Of a stretch of 64,000 nucleotides of DNA, positions 1 to 12,700 are shown in pieces. A program made the translations under genes and the position numbers. Origin of the DNA: Geosiphon pyriformis uo1 (Eukaryota; Fungi; Glomeromycota); NCBI GenBank assembly GCA_016748015.1, contig JAAOMT010000354.1:1-64000 (forward strand), written 5' to 3'. The notes under the pieces were generated by a model that worked only from the letters and a program-made list of their open reading frames with translations, had not been told where the DNA came from and ran no database searches. The stretch's first letter is position 1; each line of letters starts with the position of its first letter.

Positions 1-985
1 TAGCATAAGCATTAGCACTAATAACCTCTAAATTCTTATTTAAATAATAAATTAAGTTTTTAAGAAGATTTTTTTTGACTTTGGTAATATTGTAGTTTCT
101 AAAAAAATAATTATTGATTCGATTTTTGATGTATTAAAAAAGTGTTTTCTTAAAAACTGTAATTTTATCTCAAATTTCAAATTATTGTTTATAATAAATG
201 TAAATTGACTGATAGTACTTTATAATTATTATGTTTAATATAGTTGCTACTTTAATTTAGTTGTTGTTGTGTTATTCTTAAAAAAACACCAAATATTATT
301 GAAAGTTTTTCTACTCTTTTTTTAATATTATTAATACTGTTTTGCTGTTAATAAAAATTAATAAACTTTTAATAAGTTAATTTTTCTTTCAAAATATTTT
401 TCTTTACTTTTAACTATATATGCTGTTGAATTTATAATAGAATAACCAATTTCATGTCAATTATTTATATAGATATTTTGCAGTAAAAGTTAAATTTTTT
501 ACAAAAAAAATTTATTTGTAAGTTTTTCAAAAATATGTGTAGTTATTTTTCTGTAAAAATCAACTTTTTTACAGAAAATTTCGACTGTAAGTTATTTAAT
601 AATATAAAAAAATAAAAAAAAATATAATAAAGAAAAAAATAAAAAAATGTGTTAAAAAATTGATTTCAAATTCAGATCTAAAAGTTATTAACAGTTTACT
701 AAAATTATTAGCTAATTAATTTCAAAAAATTAATATAAAATAATTAATTTTGAAACAAAAATAATCAAAAATTTTTATGTTTTTTTTTAAAGTAAGTTTT
801 ATTATAACTAATTTTGTATAAAAGATAATTTTTAATAAGATATTTAATAAAAAATACTAAGAAAAATATTAGTAAAAATATATTTTGTTAAAAAAAAAAG
901 CTCTTTTTATATATATCTTATTGTAATATTATTTTATAATTTAGCACTTTTTTTTTTAATATTTTAATAAACTAAAAATATAATA
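1..985 (-). mobile_element. Decayed Ty3/Gypsy family 2: truncated 5' LTR (~294-985), PBS (~281-293) and start of gag running off the window
   Basis: Reverse complement aligns by eye with 63150-64000 (e.g. aaagtgc-aaattataaaataatattacaa, gaaattaattagcta, tttggtg PBS). Heavily C>T/G>A mutated. Confidence 0.65.
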
Positions 986-1004
986 CTAATAATATAAATA
1001 AATC

Positions 1005-4000
1005 TTATTTGTCCTGGTTTTTTTGGCTGATCTTGGCTATTGTTTCACATAGTGTTCTGTTAAACCTTTTAACTAACCTATTTGTTTATAGATGATATGG
1101 TAATAATAATGGTCTTTTTATCTCAAATCTTTGACTTAATTCTACCAGTGTTCTATTCACAAAGTGAGTTTCTTGATCTAATAGTAGTTTTTTTGAACAT
1201 CTATATTGACAGATTAAATCTTAATGAACAAATTTGGCAATAGATTTTGCATCTGCTCTTTAAATGGCTTTTGTCTCTGGCCATTTAGTGAGATAGTTCA
1301 TGGCTACTGCAATATACCTGTTGCCTCTGTTGGTGATTGTTAATGGTCTGACTAAGTTGATTCTGATGTGATCAAATAGTTGTTTTACTTTGATTGGTCT
1401 CAATAGTTTACTGGGTTTTGTTTCCTCTTTTCTCTAACAAGCATCACAATTTGAACATATTAAATGATGTCTGGATACATAGATGGCCAATAGTATCTTT
1501 TTCTGATTCTTTTTATGGTTGCTTCTTTGTGAAAATATTCTGCTGTTGAATTTGAATACATGTTGAATAATATTGTCTCTTTTTTTGGTTCTGTAATTAT
1601 TCTGGTTGGTTAATCTAGATTTTTTTTGTTTTTCTGATAAAGTATATTTTGATGGTTGATAAAATATTTTGATTGTTGTTTTATGTTGTTTTGTTCTTTT
1701 TGAGATAATTTTTTCTTGAACAATTTGGTATTTATATAATATTGGAGTTGTTGATATTTTTGTATATTTATCTTTTGTTATATTTTTAGGTTGGAATGTT
1801 TTTAGATTTGTCTTATTTGCGACAAACTATTAGCATTTCCATTTTTTTTTCCATTTTTGTAATGTATTGTATAATTAAATGATAAAAGTTTTATTTTCCA
1901 TCTAACATAACAATTGTCTTCAAATTTTTGTTTCTGAATTGAAGTCAATTCTTTGTGATTAGTATATACCTCAAACTTTTGACTCAAGTATTTTTTCTAT
2001 TTGATAACAGCCCAATAGATAGCTAAGTGTTCTAATGCTGGAGTTTTGTAGTTTTTTTTGGCTGGACTTAAGTTTCTACTAATATAAGTTATTGGATGTT
2101 CTCATCTATCTAGTCTTTTCTGCAATAATACTGTTCTCAATGCTTGACCAGATGCATCAGTTGTAATTATAAATGGTTTATTGTGGTCTGAATAGATTAA
2201 TACTGAGGCTTGAATAAGTTTTCTTCTCAGTATGTCAAAGGCTTTTTGTTGGATTTTAATCTATTTGTATTTGGTGTTCTTTGTTTGGAGTTGATGTAGT
2301 GGTTAAGCTATTTTGGAAAAGTTTTTGATAAAGTGGCAGTAATATCTAGCAAATTCCAAGAATGCTCTTAATTTTGTGAGTTTATTTGGTACTAAGAAAT
2401 TCTTAACAATTTAATCTTATCTGGATCTATTTTGATACTGTCTTTGCTCATAATGTGTCTCAAGAACTTGAGTTCTGTTTTGCCAAAGAAACATTTGTTT
2501 GCATTTAATTTCAATTTTGCTTGTTTGAGTCTTTCAAATACTTGTTAGAGATGATGCAAATGGTTATCAAATGTTTTTGAGAACACATTGATGTCATCTA
2601 AATATACAACTACTGATTTCCATAGTAGTTCTGTATAGACAATTTTGATGAGCCATTGGAATGTGGCTGGAGCATTTATTAAACCAAATAGCATAACTTC
2701 GAATTCAAAATTCTCTTTTCATGTTGTGAAAGCTGTTTTTTTTTATCTTTTGATTTCATGGCTACTTGCCAATAACCACTGTTTAAGTCTAAAGTTGAGA
2801 ACCATTTTTTTCTTTCAAAAGCATTGAACAGTTCTTGAATTTTTGGAGTTGGGTAACTATCTTCTTTTGTTACTTTATTCAGTTTTCAGTAATTGACACA
2901 AAAGTAGATTTTTCCATTTTTCTTATGAACTAATATTATTGGTGATGATTATAAACTTATTAATGGCTGAATTAGCCTATTGTTAAGCATCTAATTGATT
3001 TTTTGATAAATGATTTCATGGCTGGCTGGTAGTACTCTATATGCTATTTGTTTAATTGGTATTGTATCTCCAGTTTTTATCTAATGTTGAATGATGTCAG
3101 TTCTGCCAAATTCATTTTTACTGGCAAAAATGTCATTAAAATTGTTGAGTAACATCTTGAGCTATATATATTGTAGTGGGTCTAAATTTCCCAAGTTTAT
3201 CTGTTCCAATTGTTCTGTTTGGAACAGATAGCATTCTTCTCATTTATATATTGTTTAAGATATAATATCTACATATTTGCACAGTTGTGGAAAATTTGGA
3301 ATGGTGTTTGGCAGTTGGTCCTCAATTTCAGTGGTTAAATATCCAATAGTGGTTCTTTTTGATATCTCAATGGTATTCCCTGTGTTGTTGTAAATGGAAA
3401 TTTTGATGTGCCTGTGGTTTTTGGCTGATATATGTAGATTGACTAATCCAATCTTTCTTGATTCACAAAGTGTTGCTTCTGCCTCAAAAATCTAAATCTG
3501 ATCTTTTATTTTTTTTTCTATGACTACCATGTACTAATTTTATGATAGAATAGAAATTGATTGACAGATGGAAATAATTTTTTTCTTGTCAACAATTTCT
3601 TCCTCTGCCATATTAACTGGTAAATTTATTCTACCTGTAGATCTGAAACTCTGTATCTTTCTAGCTGTAATCTCTAATTCTTCTCTGTTCCCCACTGATA
3701 CTAATTGAACTATTTTAACCAGAGGCAGAAATATTGTCTGTGCTATTTTTTTGTTTGGCTCTATGATATAGGCCTTTTCTGAGTTATTTTGTAACATTAC
3801 AATAATATTTCTTATATATCCTGCATCAATTATTTCTCCTCTAATATTGATTCCTTTTTTTGTTAGACTACTCCTAAATGTTAACTAAACTATTGTTGTT
3901 GCTGGGATTTCCAGTGCTATTTTTAGATCAATACAAGTGCATGAATGTGGTTCCAATTTGATGGCATTTTTCTCTGAATATCTTAGATCAAACCCTGTAT

Positions 4001-4406
4001 TAGTATTATGCACACGTTCTGGCATAATACCTTCATTATTATCACTAAACCATTTCAGTTCCTGCTCTTTGGTAAGATCAGAGAGTGTGATATATTGTTT
4101 GGAGTTTGAATCTGAGTTTGAATTGTTATTGTTATTGCTGTTGCCATTTTGGACAAAGCTGGAATCATTGTTTTTGTTATTATTATTGTTAGAGTTTGAA
4201 TTAAAATTGAAAATTAATTCCAATTCTGATATACAGCTACTGATTAGTTTGTTTTTCTCTGGAATTGTGTAGATCATGCATGGTAGTAGATTGTAAATAA
4301 GATTATACTCATTACAATATTAAAAATTATATAAGATCAAATAATAGTTACATAGTCGAGTATTTATTTCTTCCAACTATTGCTCTTGTTTTTCTCGAGT
4401 GAGTGC
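1005..4406 (-). mobile_element. Partial Ty3/Gypsy family 1 pol, pseudogenised (end of Cys-rich region, dUTPase, RT, RNase H, integrase), inverted relative to the adjacent copy
   Basis: Reverse complement matches 8835-12200. dUTPase motifs in ORFs 3885-4277 and 3540-3797 (GFDLRY, KIAQ.IF, RKIQSFRSTG). YLDD at ~2595-2606, TDASG at ~2150. Many in-frame stops. Confidence 0.9.
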
Positions 4407-5230
4407 TGTTACTCATAAAAAAAAAAAATAGTAGACCAATAAGAGAGTAGTAGTTAATACATGAGCACATTGCTCAGCAATATGGAGCAATATCAGAAAT
4501 TATGGCACATTGTTTAGCAATGTAGAGCAATATTAAAGAATTAGGGCATATTGCTCAGCAATGTGAGCATTGCTTAAGAAATCATTGCACATTACTTGAG
4601 AAGGTGAATGATCTCATAGAATATAAATTATGTATATATAGCAGTAATATTAGAAGAAAAAAAAATAGACCTCTTAATTAAGATTTTATCTAAGCAACCT
4701 TTCACATCACAAATATCAATAAATAATTATTCACTATCTCAAATCTACTCTACTATTAACACTTTATGTTGATAGAAATTGATACTTAATAACACTGGAA
4801 CAATAGCTCTTGATTACAGCTATTAACGGAATACTAATTTGCAATTGTCTTGGCTTATTTCTTTATTTCTTTATTTTTTTTTATTTTCTTTGTTATTTCT
4901 TTTTGTTTTACTAATTGAAAAAAATTAAAGCACTGAGTTACAAATGTCATAAAGACTGGTAAAAGACTCGTGAAACAAGAGTAGAACACTTATAATTAAG
5001 GATAACTTACTAGGAAGATTATTGGTCATCATGCTGAAAAAAAAATTTGACAGAATTGTAATTCTGAAAGACTACTAAAACAACAATTGAATCTTTGTTT
5101 ATTATACAAAGGACTTAACAAAAAATCTTCAGATACCAACAACCTTCAAAAACCAAGATCAATATATCAATTGAACACCATATTATGAATTTGTTATTTG
5201 CTTTGAGACTTTAAATAATCATTGGTAATA
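4407..5230 (+). repeat. 5' LTR, family 1
   Basis: Starts tgttactc and ends ggtaata (decayed agtaaca). Homologous to 13528-14346 and to 61242-62068 (reverse strand). Confidence 0.9.
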
Positions 5231-7440
5231 TTTGGTGCTCTCTGTAAAATATAATCCTACAAAAAACCAGCACCAGCAACAATTATCCAAAAATAGCAGA
5301 ATCAGAAATAATAGAGACAAACTATTTAAGATTTGCCAAATTCTTATTTCAACAGTACAGCCAACAATTGGGCCTAATTAACAACTATTATCCAGCAGAA
5401 TCAGCCTTCAACTTCTAAATCAATGAAAAAATCACAGATTTCCTAGGAAGACCAGTTGATATTGAATCAGCAAAAAAAAATTTCTATACAGAATTAATTC
5501 AACACACCAGCTTACTATGAAATTACAGTTTCATCCCAATCATCAAAGAAATTAATCAAGAAATTGAAAGATACACTCAAGAACAATTCCTTATTACCTA
5601 CACAGATAAGAGTAAAAGAAAGCTATAAACAGTAATAATTCTAAAAGAAACACAATTATCAACATGGAAGAAACAAAGAATTAAATCTTTACTATATCTA
5701 TCATATTATTATACACCTGAAAGTACCATCAACATTTCATTAGCAGGTGCATCCACATTAAATATAACATCAACATTTAGATGACTACCATTCCAAAGTA
5801 AACAAAAGAAAACAGAATTACTAGGAATCTATGGCAATTACTTCAAAGGATTTAAATTGTGATTGCCAATACCATCAGAATTTTGATTACTGTCATCTTT
5901 ACCAGATTTTGGAACCACAAGTCCTTGGAAGATAACAGCATCAAAAGAAGAAGATTAAGAATTTAATTATCAAAATCTGATTACAGAAAATCTGAAAGTT
6001 GGAATTCTAAATATTCAAACCCAGTAAACTCAAAATAATCCAAATTCCGAATTAATTAATCAGCAAAACTTATCTCTAAAAATTGTTATTAATTAACAAC
6101 CAATTGATCTGATTGCTGAACAACTTCAACTGCCAATACTACCTTAGCAATTACCTCTTCAACCACCACAACAACCAAACTTGGATCCAATGACTTATGT
6201 TCCAATAGCAAAACTTGAAAAATTTACCAGCGAAGAGAATGACACCCAAGTATGACTAAACAATATGGAAAAAGCTATTACTGCTAATAGATAGAATAAT
6301 GCAAGAACCATGTAAGCCATTTTATACTTTTTTCAGAATACTATTGACTCTTGGTATCAGAGCTTGGTCAACAAACCTCAGGATTTCAATGCATTTAAGC
6401 TTGAGTTTTTGAGATATTTAGCAACAATAACAGTATTAATCACTTAGCCAATACCTTTACTACCATTAAGCAAAAAAAAACTGAAACAATCACTACTTAC
6501 TTCGAATGCTTCCATAGAAACTTGCACCAAATACAAGCAATTGATGTGAATTATTTTATAGCACCACAGATTCTGAACCAGTTCATCCATGGATTGCATA
6601 GTAGTATACTTTAATGCATATATTCAATGCACTCACAAACTTTCTAAGATGCAGTTACCAATACATGAAATTTTGAATTCACTAAACTCAAAGCTAACTA
6701 CACTTAAGCCATTAATCTAGTAATGAATGGATCATTTGAATTGGATTCAAAGTTGAAACAATTCAGTAATTCCATTAATCAAAAATTAGAGGAATACTTA
6801 GGTGACAATTGTGCAATTTATCAATCTTCTTAACAATGCAATAACCAAGAAAACTCCAATTGTTTCCAAAATCAATCACATTTATTATTGTTGACCAATC
6901 AATAGTAGCAATAGAAAATACATATTTGCTACTACTGTAGTAAACAAGAACATCTGAGAATTGACTGCAGGTTAAGAATAGACAACCAACAATTAGAAAA
7001 TTAATATCAAAACCCCAATTGCCAGTTTCAAACTTTAGATTAATACCCAAATCAGGATCACTACTCATCTTATTACATCCAAATAACACAATAGCCAATT
7101 TATTAATTATCAATATATTAAGCTCCAATTTATTAACTGACAACACCTGTAATTTATCAGCCACAGCCACAACCTATCTATCAATCATAGTCCCAAGTGC
7201 TATATCAGCCTTTACAAATTCAAACACTGTTACAAAACTTATCTTAAAACAGAATCTAAAGGCTGAGAATGACACAACAAAATTGAAGATTGGTGATAGT
7301 AGTTCATCAACTAATCTTCAGTTTTTCAACACAACCATCAAAATCTCAACAGCAGAATTCGAATACCAGGTACATCCAAAACCCGAATTCTTAACACTAT
7401 TTAAGTCTCTTAGTAACCCCAGAAAATGTCTTATCCAATA
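5185..7440 (+). pseudogene. gag with retrotransposon capsid domain and CCHC zinc knuckle
   Basis: M(T)YVPIAKLEKFTSEENDTQV.LN..EKAITAN at ~6190-6290. CYYCSKQEHLRIDC (CX2CX4HX4C) at 6927-6968. Numerous stops. Confidence 0.8.
5233..5245 (+). promoter_or_regulatory. Primer binding site (TGGTGCTCTCTG), possibly complementary to an elongator tRNA-Met 3' end
   Basis: TGG begins 2 nt after the LTR end. The same motif follows the family 2 LTRs (63841, 281-293 rc). The tRNA identity is an inference. Confidence 0.7.
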
Positions 7441-7589
7441 ACTTGGGAACCAACTAAACACAACCACTTACTTACAACATAGCTCTAGCCACCATTATCA
7501 ACAATGAATCACTAGCAGCAATTTTTCCATTCAAACTCAAGAAACTGTCATCCACACTATTGTTCAATAGAGCCATGCTCAAAGAAAAA

Positions 7590-7960
7590 CTGATCACTGT
7601 CATGTACACTAATGCTAAAGTTGATGGTCACTCCATCAAACTCATATTAGATAACAGGTTAGCAGGTAGCATTATTACATGACAACTCATGAACCAATTA
7701 GGTCACTGAGTTAATCATACTGCCAGCACCAAAATTATAACAGCCAATGGAACAACCAAAACTCCAATTGGTGAGATTGATAATCTCTTCATAAAAGTCA
7801 ATGGCATCATTGTACCCATCAAGATATTAGTTATGAAAACCATTCAGTATCAAGCACTGGTTGGTAATAACTGGTTGTCCAAAACAAATACAATGCTTGA
7901 CTGGACCACTCAGAAATTGCAACTCAATCAGAATAGATAACACATATGAGTACCAGCAAT
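7590..7960 (+). pseudogene. Retroviral-type aspartic protease
   Basis: KVDGHSIKLILDNRLAGSII (decayed D-S-G) at ~7620-7680, followed by a ALVGNNWL-like motif (~7855-7880). Confidence 0.75.
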
Positions 7961-9189
7961 ATGTGGTTATTTCAAACTCAGTAACAATGTACCAGCACCA
8001 CTTATTAAATTTAAAAATGAAGAGAAAAAACTTATCTGAGAAGCGTATCAAGTTTCCTGGGCTGACACTGACCACAATGAATTACTGCTGATACTATCAT
8101 AGGATGACAAAGAAAAGGAAAAAAGAGAAGAAAACCTTACTTGAAAAACCAATCAAAGTTATTGGAATAATGATGATCAAAGCAAGCAGCCACCAATTTG
8201 GACTTGGAAAGAAAAAGAGAAAGAAAAGGAAAAAAAAGAAGAATCAACACCAGCCACTACCTCTACTTATACACTATATACTCACTTGTCATTACACTAG
8301 TCTAACTATTACCAACCAAAACTGATATGTGTTAATTGCAGCAAGAAATTGTTGTTAATAGGTGTGTGTTGTGGCAACAATAAGAAATACTCTATAGCAA
8401 CCAAATTTTACCACCACCCATGCATTTTAAAATGCTTTGAAAGACCAAAGAGACAAGAAAAATGGGACAACAAATCATGTTTAGCTTGCAGCAAAACTTT
8501 TCTTGACAAAAAAATGTGGAACAACATTCCTGGAAAAAGAAAAACATGCGATAAATCATGTCAGTACATAATCCTAATAAGTGACTAAGTAAAAAAAAGA
8601 ACACCAATAGAAGCTGCCTAGAGAAGAGCAGTAAAACATCTAGACAGTTGTCCACATAATAATAATGAAATCTGGCAAATGACACTTACCAAAATTAAAA
8701 GAGCATTACCAGAAAAAATAAGGATAATCAAAAACAACCCACCAGAACCCATAGAACTTGACTGAGGCCCAAACTCAGATATTATCTTAGAGTCTATAGA
8801 TCCAGAACAATTCCATGAGCATTACCAAGAATTAGCACCCATTTAAGAAGAACAAAAGCAATAGTTAGAAAAAATAGATATCCAACTATGTGACTACTGT
8901 TTGATCCTATGTAACTTTCAATATTGTAATAAGTGTGATCTCATTTACAATTTATCACCATGCATAATCTACATGATTTTAGAGAAAGATAAACCAATCA
9001 GTAACTGTACATTAGAATTGAAATCAACTTTCAATCCTAATTCAAACTCTGACAATGATGATAATGAAAACAATGGTTGTAACTTCATTCAAAATGGCAA
9101 CAGCAATAACAATGATAATTCAAACTCAGATTTAAACTCCAAACAATATATTGCACTTCTTGATCTTACCAAAGAGCAAGAACTGAAAT

Positions 9190-9620
9190 AGTTCAGTGAC
9201 AATGATGAAGATATTATGCCAGAATGTGTGCATGATACTGATGCAGGATTTGATCTGAGATATTCAAAGAAAAATGCCATTAAATTAAAACCACATTTGC
9301 ACACTTATATTAATCTGAAAATAGCACTGGAAATCTAAGTAATAACAATGGTTTAGTTAGCATCTAGGAGTAGTCTAACAAAAAAAAGAATCAACATCAA
9401 AGAAGATATAATTAATGCAGGATATGTAGGAAATATCATTGCAATACTACAAAATGATTCAGAAAAGGCCTATATCATAGAGCCAAATAAAAAGATAGCA
9501 CAAGCAATATTCCTGTCTCTGGTTAAAATAGCTTAATTAGTATCAGTAGGGAACAAAGAAAAATTAGAGATTACAGCTAAAAAGATACAGAGTTTTGGAT
9601 TTATGGGTAGAATAGATGTA
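9190..9620 (+). pseudogene. Trimeric dUTPase domain inside Gypsy pol, between PR and RT
   Basis: All five dUTPase motifs are recognisable in decayed form: DAGFDLRY, SRSSL, IINAGYVGNI, EPNKKIAQAIF, and R.IQ.FGSTG-like. A second copy lies at ~3610-4060 (-). Confidence 0.9.
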
Positions 9621-10089
9621 CCAGTTAATATGGCAGAGGAAGAAATTGTTGACAAGGGAGAAATTATCTCCACCCATCAATCAATTTCTATTTTACCATA
9701 TGATCAGTATATGGTAGTTATAAAAAAAAAAGTAAAGGATCAGATTCAAATTTTTGAGACAGAAGCAACACTTTGTGAATCAAAAAAAATTGGATTAGTC
9801 AATCTATATATATCAGCCAAGAACCACAGGCACATCAAAATTTCCATTTACAAAAACACAAAAAATAGCATTAAGATATTGAAAGGAACCACTATTGGAT
9901 ATTTGATCATTGAAATTAAGGACCAACTGCCAAACACCATTCCAGATTTTCCACAACTGTGCAAATATGTAGATATTATATCTTAAACAATATACAAATG
10001 AGAAGAATGCTATCTGTTTCAAACAGAACAATTGGAACAGATAAACTTGGGAAATCTAGACTCACTACAATGTATGTAGCTCAAAATAT

Positions 10090-12700
10090 TACTCAACAAC
10101 TTCAATGACATCTTTGCCAGTAAAAATAAATTTGGCAGAACTGAGATTATTTAGCATCAGATAAAAACTGAAGATATAATGCCAATTAAACAAAGAACAT
10201 ACAAAGCACCACCAGCCAGCCATGAAATCATTCATCAAAAAATCAATTAGATGCTTGACAATGTGCTAATTCAGTCATTAATGAGTTCATAGTTATCACC
10301 AATAGTACTAGTCCATAAGAAAAATGGAAAAATCCACTTTTGTGTGGATTATCAGAAACTAAATAGAATAACAAAAGAAAATAGTTATCTAATTTCAAAG
10401 ATTCAAGAATTGTTTGATGCTTTTAGAGGAAAAAAATAGTTCTCAACTTTAAACTTAGATAGTAGTTACTAACAAGTAGCCATAAAACCAGAAGATAAAG
10501 AGAAAACAGCTTTTACAACATAAGAAGAGAATTTTGAATTCAAAGTTATGCTATTTGGCTTAATGAATGCTCCAGTCACATTCCAATGGCTCATCAAAAT
10601 TGTCTATACAGAACTACTATGAAAATCAGTAGTTGTATACTTGGATGACACCAATGTGTTCTCAAAAACATTTGATAACCATTTGCATCATTTCCAACAA
10701 GTATTTGAAAGACTCAAACAAGCAGAATTGAAATTAAATGCAAACAAATGTTTCTTTGGCAAAACAGAACTCAAGTTCTTGGAACACATTGTGAGCAAAG
10801 ACTGTATCAAAATAGATTCAAATAAGATTGAGATTGTTAAGAACTTCTCAGTACCAAATAAACTCACAAAATTAAGAGCATTCTTGGAATTTGCTAGATA
10901 CTACTGCCACTTTATTAAAGACTTTTCCAAAATAACTTAACCACTACATTAACTCCAAACAAAAAACACCAAATACAAATAGATTAAAATTCAACAAAAA
11001 ACTTTTAACATACTGAGAAAAAAACTTATTCAAGCCTCAGTATTATTCTATTCAGATCACAGTAAATCATTCATAATCACAACTGATGCATCTGGTCAAG
11101 CATTGGGAGCAGTAGTATTACAGAAAAAACCGAATAGATGAGAACACCAAATAGTTTACATTAGTAAAAGCTTAAGTTCAGTTGAAAAAAACTATACTTC
11201 AGCATTAGAACACTTAGCTATCTATTGGGCTGTTACCAAATAGAAAAAATACTTGAGTCAAAAGTTTGAGGTATATACTAATTACAAGGAATTGATTTCA
11301 ATTCAGAAGCAAAAATTTGGAGATGATCACCATTTAATTATACAGTATATTATAAAAAAGGAAAAAAAAATAGAAATGCCAATGGTTTGTCACAAATAAG
11401 ACAAGTCTAAAAACATTTCAACCCAAAAATATAACAAAAGATAAATATATAAAAATATCAACAATTCTAACATTATATAAATACTAAATTTTTCAAGGAG
11501 AAATTATCTCAAAAAGAACAAAACAACATAAATCAACAATCAAAATATTTTATCAACCATCAACATATACTTTACCAGAAGAACAAAAAAAATCCAGATC
11601 AACCAACCAGAGTAATTACAGAACCAGAAAAAAAGACAATATTATTCAACATGCACTCAGATCTGACAGCAAGACATTTTTACAAAAAAACAACCATAGA
11701 AAGAATCAGAAAAGAATACTATTGGCCATCTATGTATCCAGACATCATCCAATATGTTCAAAATTGTGATGCTTGTAAGAGAAAAGAGGAAACAAAACCC
11801 AGTAAACTATTGAAACCAATCAAAGTAAAACAACTATTTGATCACATCAGAATCAACTTAGTTGGACTATTAACAATTACCAGCAAAGGCAACAGATATA
11901 TTGCAGTAGTTATAGACTATCTTACTAAATGGCCAGAGGCAAAAGCCATTCAAAAAGCAGATGCAGAATTTATTGCCGAATTTATTCATCAAAATTTGAT
12001 CTGTTAACATGAATGTCCAAAAAAACTACTATCAGATCAAAGAATTTACTTTGTGAATAGAACACTGGCAGAATTAAGTCAAAGATTTAGAATAAAAAGA
12101 CTATTATTATTATCATATCATCCATAAACAAATGGGTTAATTGAAAGATTCAACAGAATACTGTGTGAAGCAATAGCCAAGATCAGCCAAGAAAACCAAG
12201 ATGAATGGGATTTGTTCATACTATCAGTATTATTTGCTTACTGGACAATTAAGCAAGACATTACACAAGCAACACTATTTGAATTAGTATACGGAAGAAC
12301 AGCAACATTACCAGTTGAGATAGAAGTCAAAACATATTCAACAAAACCAATAAGAGAAGAGAATTTTCAAAGAACATTGTTGAGAAGAACATATGATTTA
12401 ATGGAAACACTAGAAAACAAATGACAAAAAGCAGTTGATAACATTCAAAAGTCACAAAAAAAACAAAAAAAAAGACATGATAACCAACTATCACATAAAC
12501 CAGTTGAATTCAAGATTGGGAAACAAAGTACTTTTACATCATACCAAAGTGGAAAAACAATAGAATAAAAAATTTGACCCCAAATGGAATGGACCATTTC
12601 ACATAGAAAAAATTCTAGAAAATAGAGCTTATAAATTAAGATTGAACAACAAAATCTTAACCAAAGCAGCACATAGAGATTGACTAAAACTATATCAAAA
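10090..12700 (+). pseudogene. Reverse transcriptase, RNase H and integrase with GPY/F-like C-terminus
   Basis: FCVDYQKLN, MLFGLMNAP, VYLDDT (~10635-10652), TDASG (~11082), HHCC motif MHSD..ARHF...CDAC, IDYLTKWPEA, KFDPKWNGPFHI (~12570-12605). Confidence 0.92.

Noticed and set aside
9190-9620. Host DUT1 gene or viral/endobacterial insertion
   Set aside because: Intronless, embedded in pol in two copies and decayed at the same level as the surrounding TE.
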